Of a DNA stretch of 64,000 nucleotides, positions 1 to 6,843 are shown piece after piece (position 1 is the first letter of the stretch; each line of letters begins with the position of its first letter). The notes under the pieces were generated by a model. That model did not search any database. It saw nothing but the letters and a program-made list of their open reading frames with translations, and was not told the DNA's origin. This stretch comes from an uncultured Candidatus Micrarchaeota archaeon (lineage in GTDB: Archaea; Micrarchaeota; Micrarchaeia; Burarchaeales; Fermentimicrarchaeaceae): the NCBI GenBank assembly GCA_903884505.1, contig CAISET010000015.1:10819-74818 (forward strand), read 5' to 3'. The translations under genes were made by a program, and so were the position numbers.

Positions 1-1052
1 GCCTCCTTCCTATCATAGATGAACCTCTTCTCAACCCCGTGCTTCCTATAGAGCGCCTGCACGCAGCACGCTGCGAGCGGAATGCCCTTGTAGGCTGGGC
101 CGAAAACCACATCGAACGAATCCTGCAGGTTATTCGCAATTATGGCGTCAGCGTAAGCCGCGCCAATCCTTGTCATTGCCTTCCCGGAATCCAGGTTCCC
201 CGTATTGAAGAAGTAGGTAGATTTCCTCCCGCTCTTCAGCGTGAAGTCGCCGAACTTCAAAACGTCCTTCTCAATCAGGATGGAGAGGAGCTTGTCATCA
301 AACGGCTCGCCCTTCTCCTTCACGGGCTTCCTTATCTTCAAGGCTGCATTCACCTGCTCGCGAATCTTCCTCGCCTCATCTGCAGGCGTTTCCGAGTTCA
401 TTATGCTCCTTCCAACGATTGCGAAATCCGTCCCGGCTGCAACCGCCTTGTCCGCCTCCCCCCCTTGCGCACCTATTCCAGGCGAGAGGATGAGCGCGTC
501 CTTTGCCTTGAACCTGATGTGCGCGGTCAGCTCGTACTGGTTGCCCGGCGCAATGACCGCAGCGACCCCGACCTGCCGTGCCATCTCCACGAGCTGGTCC
601 ACCTCAGTCTCCCTGAAGAGGTGGCCCTCGCTGCTCATCGCAACGAGCATGAACACGCCCCGCTTCATCTCGTTAGCGACATCAACAATAGCCTTAACCG
701 CCGGCTTCCCCGGGAACCCGTGGCAGGTGATTGCGTCATACCCCTGCTCGAAGTAATATTTCGCCTTGAACCCATTCGTATTGTCGATATCCGCGAGCTT
801 CGCATCAAGAATCACAAATGCGTCACCCGAGAGCTTCTTCAGCCTCTCAATCGCCTCCTTGTGCGTCATTCCCCAGAGCGCCGGGTGCTCCACGTGCATC
901 TTTATCGCGACAATCTCCCTGCTCGCTTCCCGGACAACCCGCTCGACGTTCCTCCAGCCCACATCATCGGCCGCAAGGATTAGCCGCGAATCCCTCTTCT
1001 TCGCAATCTCCAGGAACTTCTTCTTGAACTCAAGCTGCATGTTCTCTTCCAT
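1..1052 (-). CDS. pyrFE: Bifunctional orotidine-5'-phosphate decarboxylase / orotate phosphoribosyltransferase (PyrF-PyrE fusion); C-terminal part lies outside the window
   Basis: Reverse-strand translation from ATG (rc of cat at 1050-1052) gives MEENMQLEFKKKFLEIAKKRDSRLILAADD...ILDAKLADIDNT (ODCase catalytic Lys motif)...DFAIVGRSIMNSETPADEARKIRE (ODCase phosphate loop), then ...DVLKFGDFTLKSGRKSTYFFNTG...AYKGIPLAA (OPRTase motifs). Frame continuity was checked by hand down to position 1. It is absent from the ORF track because it has no in-window stop. Confidence 0.8.
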   Translation of the reverse strand, partial: MEENMQLEFKKKFLEIAKKRDSRLILAADDVGWRNVERVVREASREIVAIKMHVEHPALWGMTHKEAIERLKKLSGDAFVILDAKLADIDNTNGFKAKYYFEQGYDAITCHGFPGKPAVKAIVDVANEMKRGVFMLVAMSSEGHLFRETEVDQLVEMARQVGVAAVIAPGNQYELTAHIRFKAKDALILSPGIGAQGGEADKAVAAGTDFAIVGRSIMNSETPADEARKIREQVNAALKIRKPVKEKGEPFDDKLLSILIEKDVLKFGDFTLKSGRKSTYFFNTGNLDSGKAMTRIGAAYADAIIANNLQDSFDVVFGPAYKGIPLAACCVQALYRKHGVEKRFIYDRKE

Positions 1053-1117
1053 TCTTTCACCTCGAAACCGCAGGGGGACTTCGTCCCCCTTCAGTTCCAC
1101 GCTCCTCCTGATTCCCC

Positions 1118-1921
1118 CTACGACCTCATTTCCTTTCCGCAGGCATCCCTTCTCAGGCTGCCAAACTCCTTCATTTTCGCAATCTTCTTCCCGTCGAAAA
1201 CAGGCCCGTCCCTGCAGACCAGCATGCCGTCAATCGCGCACTGCCCGCAGACGCCGAACCCGCATTTCATGAACCTTTCCAGCGAGGCCTGGCATTCCAC
1301 GCCTTTCTCCCCGCAAATCCCGACCACCTTCTTCATCATCATCTCAGGCCCGCAAGTATAAACGCAATCAAGCTTCTCTTTCCCGAGCAGTTCGGCGAGC
1401 GCATCCGTGGTGAAGCCTTTCCTCCCATCGCTCCCGTCATCCGTGCAGACAACCACTTCCGCACCCGCATTCCGCGCCCTCTCAACGAAGAACAGCTCGC
1501 CCTTCGTCTTCGCGCCAACCACGAAATCCACTTTCTTCCCAGCCTTCCTCAGCTCATCAACCAAGAATCCAAGCGGCGCGCTCCCGCACCCGCCCCCGAC
1601 AACTGCAACCTTCTCCCCCTTCATTTTGAACCCATTGCCAAAAGGCCCCCTGATTCCAACCTGCTCCCCAGCCTTCATCTGGTGCAGCCTCTCGGAGAAA
1701 GCCCCGACCTTCGCAACCGTAACCCAGGCCTTTCCCTCCACGCACCCGCTCAGCGAAAATGGCTTCTCATTCATCCCGGGAACCCACACCATCGCGAACT
1801 GCCCAGGAACAGCCTTCATCCCCAGCTCAAGAATTAGCGTCTTAATCCTCGGGTTCTCTTCCCTCACCTCAAGAATCTTTGCCATTCTCATTTCGCGCGG
1901 CTTACCTGTGGGCAATTCCAA
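1118..1921 (-). CDS. pyrK: Dihydroorotate dehydrogenase electron-transfer subunit (PyrK, FAD/2Fe-2S). The start may be the internal MRMAKILEV at ~1891.
   Basis: 267 aa. It has a ferredoxin-reductase-like fold signature and the C-terminal Cys cluster CGFGVCGQCAIDGMLVCRDGPVF typical of PyrK. It overlaps or abuts pyrD in the same orientation. Confidence 0.85.
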   Translation of the reverse strand: MELPTGKPREMRMAKILEVREENPRIKTLILELGMKAVPGQFAMVWVPGMNEKPFSLSGCVEGKAWVTVAKVGAFSERLHQMKAGEQVGIRGPFGNGFKMKGEKVAVVGGGCGSAPLGFLVDELRKAGKKVDFVVGAKTKGELFFVERARNAGAEVVVCTDDGSDGRKGFTTDALAELLGKEKLDCVYTCGPEMMMKKVVGICGEKGVECQASLERFMKCGFGVCGQCAIDGMLVCRDGPVFDGKKIAKMKEFGSLRRDACGKEMRS

Positions 1922-2822
1922 TCAGCTCCTTTGCGGACGAGAAGCCATTCTTCCCCATCCACTCCTCCATCTCCTTCGAAATCTTCCCGAAAACCTTGAA
2001 CCCGCCACCTGCAACAGCGCTCCCGATTCCAACTGCCGTTGCGCCGGCCATCATCATCTCGAGCGCGTCTCTCCCAGAGCATACCCCGCCAGTTCCTATG
2101 ACTGGAATTTTCACTGCTTCGTAAACATCCCACACGCATCTCACGGCAATCGGCCTTATCGCAGGCCCGCTCACTCCGCCTGCCTTGTTCGCGAGCACCG
2201 GCTTCCTCGCCTCCAGGTTGATTATCATCCCGGGCCCCAGCGTATTCCCCATGTTAATAACATCTGCGCCCGCTGCCTCAACCGCCTTCGCAACTTCTTT
2301 CAGCAGATGAGTATTCGGCGACAATTTCGCTATGAGCGGAATTCCGCTCACCCTCCCTTTCACCGCCTTCACAGCCTCGGCGGCATGCTCCGGCTCATAG
2401 GCAAACGGCACCCCGCTCTCCCTCATCGTGTTCGGGCAGGAAAGATTAGCTTCGAGCATCGCCGGTTTCGCCTCCGCGAGCTTCGCAGCAACATCCCCGA
2501 ACCCCGCCACATCCTTCGCAAAGAAGCTTCCAATTACCGGCGCCTTCACCATTTTCACAGCAGCAGCCAAATCCTTTGCCCCTTCCTCCATTCCGGGGTT
2601 CGAAAGCCCGACCGCATTCACAAGCCCGCACTCCCATTCCAGGACAGTGGGATTCGGGTGTCCACTCCTCGGCTCAGGGCCTATTGACTTCATGGTCACA
2701 GCGCCAGCCCCGCCTTTCGCCGCCCTCTTCAAAGTCGCAGCGCTGACCCCCACTATGCCTGAGGCCAGGATAAGCGGCTTCGACAGCCTCACCCCTGCCA
2801 GTTCCACACCAAGTTCCACCAT
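1902..2822 (-). CDS. pyrD: Dihydroorotate dehydrogenase catalytic subunit (class 1B PyrD)
   Basis: 306 aa, MVELGVELAGVRLSKPLILASGIVG...GLSNPGMEEG...NLSCPNT...IGTGGVCSGRDALEMMMAGATAVGIGSAV. This is the canonical DHOD TIM-barrel motif set (NxSCPN, IGxGG). Confidence 0.9.
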   Translation of the reverse strand: MVELGVELAGVRLSKPLILASGIVGVSAATLKRAAKGGAGAVTMKSIGPEPRSGHPNPTVLEWECGLVNAVGLSNPGMEEGAKDLAAAVKMVKAPVIGSFFAKDVAGFGDVAAKLAEAKPAMLEANLSCPNTMRESGVPFAYEPEHAAEAVKAVKGRVSGIPLIAKLSPNTHLLKEVAKAVEAAGADVINMGNTLGPGMIINLEARKPVLANKAGGVSGPAIRPIAVRCVWDVYEAVKIPVIGTGGVCSGRDALEMMMAGATAVGIGSAVAGGGFKVFGKISKEMEEWMGKNGFSSAKELIGIAHR

Positions 2823-2879
2823 TGGCTAACCTCGGGTAATAAGACGACCTAAACCCTTACGAGGGGCGGCTATAAAAAG
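2823..2879. promoter_or_regulatory. Intergenic region with an AT-rich palindromic box (gctataaaaagc): likely pyrD promoter / thiE terminator region
   Basis: This is the only AT-rich stretch between the thiE stop and the pyrD start. The TATA-like tttttata on the minus strand lies ~25-40 bp upstream of the pyrD ATG. Confidence 0.3.
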
Positions 2880-3527
2880 CTACCGCGAGGCCTTCGCCTC
2901 AGCAATCCTTCTCTTAAACTCCGCAACCCTTCCCGCAATGTCCTCGTTCCCAACCACATCGGAAATTGCAGCAACTCCGTCAGCGCCCGCCATAATTGCC
3001 TCGGTGCAGTTCTCAAGCGTTATCCCACCGATTGCAACAACAGGAATCTCCGCATTCCTTTTCTTCACTTCCGAAATGGCATTGGCGCCAACCGCCCATC
3101 CCGCGTCCCTCTTCGTTTCCGTTGGAAATATGGGCCCCAGGCCGACATAATCCGCCCCTATCTTCGCAGCCCGCAATGCCTCTCCGGGGTTTCTCGCCGA
3201 AACTCCGACAATCTTCCCCTCGCCCATCGCATCGCGCGCAATCGGGTAGGGCGTGTCCCCCTGTCCGACATGCAACCCATCCGCATCTACGGAAACCGCC
3301 ACATCAACATGGTCGTTCACTATGAACAGCACCCCTTCCTTCCTGCAAAGCTCTGCGATGGAGTGCGCCTGCTGTATTATCTCAGGGAGAGGCAAATCCT
3401 TCTCCCGGTACTGCACAATCTTCGCCCCGCCCTTAATGGCATCGATGACCGTCTCAATGACGGGCTTTTTCGAGAGCCTTCTGTTGGTTATGAAATAGAA
3501 ATCAAGCGTCCCTTCCGGAATCTTCAT
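2880..3527 (-). CDS. thiE: Thiamine-phosphate synthase
   Basis: 215 aa, ...GADYVGLGPIFPTETK...AIGGI..., matching ThiE signature motifs. Confidence 0.85.
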   Translation of the reverse strand: MKIPEGTLDFYFITNRRLSKKPVIETVIDAIKGGAKIVQYREKDLPLPEIIQQAHSIAELCRKEGVLFIVNDHVDVAVSVDADGLHVGQGDTPYPIARDAMGEGKIVGVSARNPGEALRAAKIGADYVGLGPIFPTETKRDAGWAVGANAISEVKKRNAEIPVVAIGGITLENCTEAIMAGADGVAAISDVVGNEDIAGRVAEFKRRIAEAKASR

Positions 3528-4324
3528 CCAATCACCTCAACGCGCGCCATCCGTTTCACATCGTCCTCGCCAAGCGAATAAACCTCATCAATCAGCGCAC
3601 TTTTGAACGCCATGGGCGCCTTCGCCCTCTTCGCAGCGAGCTCGCCCGCAATCCCGAAGCAGGCGAGGGCAGCAGCAGCCGCCTTCGCATAATCCTTCTC
3701 AACTGCGCAGAATGCGCCAATCATCGAGGCTGCCATGCACCCGGTCCCCACGACCCTCCCCATCATCTCATGCCCATTGTCTATATTATATACTTCTCCG
3801 GAAGGGCTCGCAACGACATCCCTCTTCCCGGTAATCACAACGGTCGCACCGCTCGCCTTCGCAAGCTTCTTCGCAATCGCATCCAAATCCCCTTCAACGC
3901 TGACCGCCTCAACGCCCTTCGTTTCAGCCTTCGCCCCCGCAAGCGTCCCAATCTCGCTCCTATTCCCCTTAATCACTGCCAGCTTCACCTTCCCCATTAT
4001 CTCCTTCGCCTTCTCCGTTCTCAGCTTCGTCGCCCCGACTCCGACACCGTCAAGAATTACGGGCACTCCCTTCGCATTCGCCATCCTTCCAGCGGAAACC
4101 ATCGAGGAGACAATCTGCGGGGTCAGCGTCCCAATATTGAGCACGAGCGCCCCGGAGATTCCTGCCATCTCGGCCGACTCCTCCTCCGCGTGCGCCATAA
4201 CCGGGAGGGCGCCCACCGCCCTCGTAATCGCCGCGCACTCGTAGATGGTCACCCAGTTGGTGATATGGTGCACTAGCGGCTTTCTCTCCCTCACCCTCGC
4301 AAGAATTCCGCTTATTTCGGCCAC
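3524..4324 (-). CDS. thiM: Hydroxyethylthiazole kinase
   Basis: 266 aa, KPLVHHITNWVT...LVLNIGTLT...VVGTGCMAASMIGAF, matching ThiM/THZ kinase family motifs. The 4-bp overlap with thiE indicates an operon. Confidence 0.85.
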   Translation of the reverse strand: MAEISGILARVRERKPLVHHITNWVTIYECAAITRAVGALPVMAHAEEESAEMAGISGALVLNIGTLTPQIVSSMVSAGRMANAKGVPVILDGVGVGATKLRTEKAKEIMGKVKLAVIKGNRSEIGTLAGAKAETKGVEAVSVEGDLDAIAKKLAKASGATVVITGKRDVVASPSGEVYNIDNGHEMMGRVVGTGCMAASMIGAFCAVEKDYAKAAAAALACFGIAGELAAKRAKAPMAFKSALIDEVYSLGEDDVKRMARVEVIG

Positions 4325-4423
4325 GGACCAATTTCACTCCAATCCCTTTTAATCCTTCTTTCCGCCGATTTACCCACTTCCGGGTAATTACCCTTTTATT
4401 AGTGCATCAGCCAAACCTTCCAC

Positions 4424-5269
4424 ATGAAAACCTACGACATCGTGATAGTCGCGCTGCTCGCGGCAGCCGCGGCCGTATTCCAGCTGGCGCACGGGATAAT
4501 CGGAATCCCGACCGGCTTCGGGATGACGGTCGACCTCGTGGCCGTCCCCGTTTTGCTCGCGTTCTTCATCTTCGGCCTCGAGCATTCCCTCTGGGTGCTG
4601 CTCATCGCCTCCATCGTAATCACGCTCGTCGCGCCCGACTCCTGGCTCGGTGCGAGCATGAAGTTCTCCGCAACCCTCCCCATGGTCCTCATCCCCGCGT
4701 TCTACCTCCTCTCGCGCGAGAAGAAGGCGAGCTTCCCGCTGCTCGCCGCGCTTGCGGTTTTCGCGGCATTCGCGGTTCTCGTGCTTCCCGGCTCCGCGAA
4801 CATTGCCGCGCAATCCACTGCCCTGCAGCTGAACCGGACCTCCGCCTATTCTGTTCCGGGCTTCTCGCTCCAAGGGACCGAGGTGATAAAGGGCACCACT
4901 GTGACCGCAGGCATGCTCCTCCTCGGGCTCCTGCCCATCGCCGTGCTAATACTCCTCTCCGCAGTCCTCCTCTACATCTGGAAGAAGTATGCGGGGGCGG
5001 TCGCGCTCAAGCCCCTCAGGAACGCGCACATAGCCATAGTTGTGCTTGTCGCGGCGCTTGCAGTGAGGGCCCTTGCAACCGTGGTCTCCAACTACTATTA
5101 CGCCGGGCCGCTCTTCTTCGGGATGAGCACGGAAACATTCATGTCTGCGGTTCCCTGGTATTTGATAGCGGGCTGGAACTGCTTCCAGGGAATCCTCGAG
5201 TTCGGAATCGCCTGGGTGCTCGCCTACGGCTTCGGCTTTGCGAAGAGCTATGGTGATTGGGCTGGCTGA
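4424..5269 (+). CDS. Polytopic membrane protein, putative ECF-transporter substrate-specific (S) component. It may carry a thiamine precursor, given its context.
   Basis: 281 aa with ~8 hydrophobic helices and no soluble domain. It sits immediately upstream of ecfA/ecfT, which it overlaps, and next to thiM/thiE. Confidence 0.5.
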   Translation: MKTYDIVIVALLAAAAAVFQLAHGIIGIPTGFGMTVDLVAVPVLLAFFIFGLEHSLWVLLIASIVITLVAPDSWLGASMKFSATLPMVLIPAFYLLSREKKASFPLLAALAVFAAFAVLVLPGSANIAAQSTALQLNRTSAYSVPGFSLQGTEVIKGTTVTAGMLLLGLLPIAVLILLSAVLLYIWKKYAGAVALKPLRNAHIAIVVLVAALAVRALATVVSNYYYAGPLFFGMSTETFMSAVPWYLIAGWNCFQGILEFGIAWVLAYGFGFAKSYGDWAG

Positions 5270-6086
5270 CGCAATCTCACTCGAAAATATTTCGTTCTCG
5301 TATTCCTCCAGCCCGAAGAAGATTCTCGATGGCATCACGCTGCGGATAGCCAAGGGGGGCTTTGTAGGCGTGGTGGGTGGCACGGGGGCGGGCAAGAGCA
5401 CGCTGCTCTACTGTATGAACGGCGTGATTCCGCATCTCGTGGGCGGGCGAATGGAGGGCTCCGTCTCCTTGCTCGGGAAGGATACGAGGAAGAACGGGCC
5501 CTCCTCGCTCGCCAAATCCGCAGGGATAGTCTTCCAGGACCCGGACTCCCAGATATTCGCGCTCAGCGTGAGGGAAGAAGTTGAATTTGGGCTCTCGAAC
5601 CTCGGGGTGAACGGGCAGGAGCGCACTTCCCGCGTGGAACAGGCGCTCGCAGAAACAGGGCTCTCGGGCCTTGAGGACGAGAACCCCCGCGAGCTCTCAG
5701 CAGGGCAGAGGCAGAAGGTGGCAATCGCCTCAGTGCTTGCCATGGACCCGGAAGTCCTTCTCCTTGATGAGCCGGTCTCGTCGCTTGACTGGCGGAGCGC
5801 CCGCGACATCTACGAGCTTTTGAAGGGGCTAAACCAGAAGGGGAAGACCATCGTAATAGTCGAGCACAATACTGAATGGCTTGCCGATTACGCCGACCGG
5901 ATAGTCGGAATAGCAAATGGCGGAATCACGCTTGATGGCAAGGCCGAAGAGATTCTTGCTGATGAGCGGCTCGAGAAGCTGGGGCTGAAGGTTCCCTGCG
6001 CAGTGCAGATCTCCTGCGAGCTCGGGCTTGGCGAATGCGCCCACACCCCGCGGCAGCTGGTCCGCATCCTGAGGGGAGTGAAATGA
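5238..6086 (+). CDS. ecfA: ECF transporter ATPase component (EcfA/CbiO family ABC ATPase)
   Basis: 282 aa. It has Walker A GGTGAGKST, the ABC signature LSAGQRQKVAIA and Walker B LLLDEPVSSLD. Confidence 0.85.
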   Translation: MRRAMVIGLADAISLENISFSYSSSPKKILDGITLRIAKGGFVGVVGGTGAGKSTLLYCMNGVIPHLVGGRMEGSVSLLGKDTRKNGPSSLAKSAGIVFQDPDSQIFALSVREEVEFGLSNLGVNGQERTSRVEQALAETGLSGLEDENPRELSAGQRQKVAIASVLAMDPEVLLLDEPVSSLDWRSARDIYELLKGLNQKGKTIVIVEHNTEWLADYADRIVGIANGGITLDGKAEEILADERLEKLGLKVPCAVQISCELGLGECAHTPRQLVRILRGVK

Positions 6087-6156
6087 TAGCTTACAGGAAA
6101 GGCGCACCAGTCCAATCCGCCCTGAGGGGAGCGAAATGATAGGCTACAGGAAGGGC
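6068..6156. repeat. 53-bp-period tandem duplication of the ecfA-stop/ecfT-start junction
   Basis: cctgaggggagTgaaatgatagCttacaggaaAggc (6068-6103) is repeated as cctgaggggagCgaaatgatagGctacaggaaGggc (6121-6156). Copy 1 holds the ecfA stop and copy 2 the ecfT ATG. Confidence 0.6.
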
Positions 6157-6819
6157 AGTTCGTTCCTCCATTCTCTGGACCCAAGGGTGAAGCTCTTCTG
6201 GCTCATCCTCCTCTCCCTCTTCCTAGTATTTCTCAGGGCTCCAGCAATTGCCATTTCCGCAACGCTTGCAAACCTCATCCTTCTCCAGCTCTCAGGCATA
6301 ACGCCTGCGGACTTTTGGAAGGACATGCGTGGAATCCTCATCTTCGCTTTGATTCCAATCCCCCTCCAATTATTGGCGGTCGGAAGCCTCCAGCTTGGCA
6401 TTCTCAACTCTCTCATCCTCATCAACCTGCTCTCCAGCGCCTTCCTATTCATCTCGACAACAAAAGCCGGCTCATTGATTGGCGCCCTTTCGTGGTTCCG
6501 CGTTCCCCCCTCCCTTTCCTTCGCAATCGCGCTCTCCCTCAGCTTCATCCCAATTCTCCAGGACGACCTGCACAAGGCAAGGGTTGCGCAGGCGGCAAGG
6601 GGAGGCAGGCTCACAAAGCCCTCGAGCGTAATCCCCACTATAATACCGCTCTTCCACGGAATCTTCTCCCGCGCAAGAACACTCTCGATTTCATTGGACG
6701 CAAGGGGTTTCGACCCGGAGAAGAAGATGGAGGTGAGGCTTGCAATGAATGCCAGGGACTATGCCTTCCTCTTCTTCGCCTTCGCCTTCCTTTCAGCGCT
6801 TGCGCTCACAGCCTTTTAA
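6136..6819 (+). CDS. ecfT: ECF transporter transmembrane (T) component (EcfT/CbiQ)
   Basis: 227 aa membrane protein carrying the CbiQ/EcfT signature ...ARVAQAARGG.... Confidence 0.8.
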   Translation: MIGYRKGSSFLHSLDPRVKLFWLILLSLFLVFLRAPAIAISATLANLILLQLSGITPADFWKDMRGILIFALIPIPLQLLAVGSLQLGILNSLILINLLSSAFLFISTTKAGSLIGALSWFRVPPSLSFAIALSLSFIPILQDDLHKARVAQAARGGRLTKPSSVIPTIIPLFHGIFSRARTLSISLDARGFDPEKKMEVRLAMNARDYAFLFFAFAFLSALALTAF

Positions 6820-6823
6820 ATTT
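6812..6823 (+). promoter_or_regulatory. TATA box (ccttttaaattt) of the acd gene; it contains the ecfT TAA stop codon
   Basis: Matches the window-wide consensus ccttttaa, placed 25 bp upstream of the ATG at 6844 (leaderless arrangement). Confidence 0.5.
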
Positions 6824-6843
6824 GAGTTGAGCGAAAATAGGGT

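Noticed and set aside
39-1272. Plus-strand ORFs 39..983, 241..756, 766..1272 and 818..1027
   Set aside because: They lie antisense to, or out of frame with, the verified minus-strand PyrF-PyrE coding frame. Their translations are Arg/Pro/Ser-rich low-complexity sequence typical of GC-rich shadow ORFs.
1407-2687. 426-aa plus-strand ORF
   Set aside because: Antisense to pyrK/pyrD, which carry unmistakable DHOD motifs. It is proline/serine-rich with no motifs.
4325-4423. Possible TPP riboswitch upstream of the ECF S-component gene next to thiM
   Set aside because: The conserved TPP-riboswitch cores (CUGAGA, ...GGAUAAUGCCAGCG...) are not present. Only a TATA-like cttttattag was seen.
4402-5256. 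284-aa plus-strand ORF in an alternative frame to the membrane-protein gene, and minus-strand ORFs 4388..4873 / 4946..5401
   Set aside because: Arg/Gly/Glu-rich shadow frames. The frame starting at 4424 gives a coherent polytopic membrane protein coupled to ecfA.
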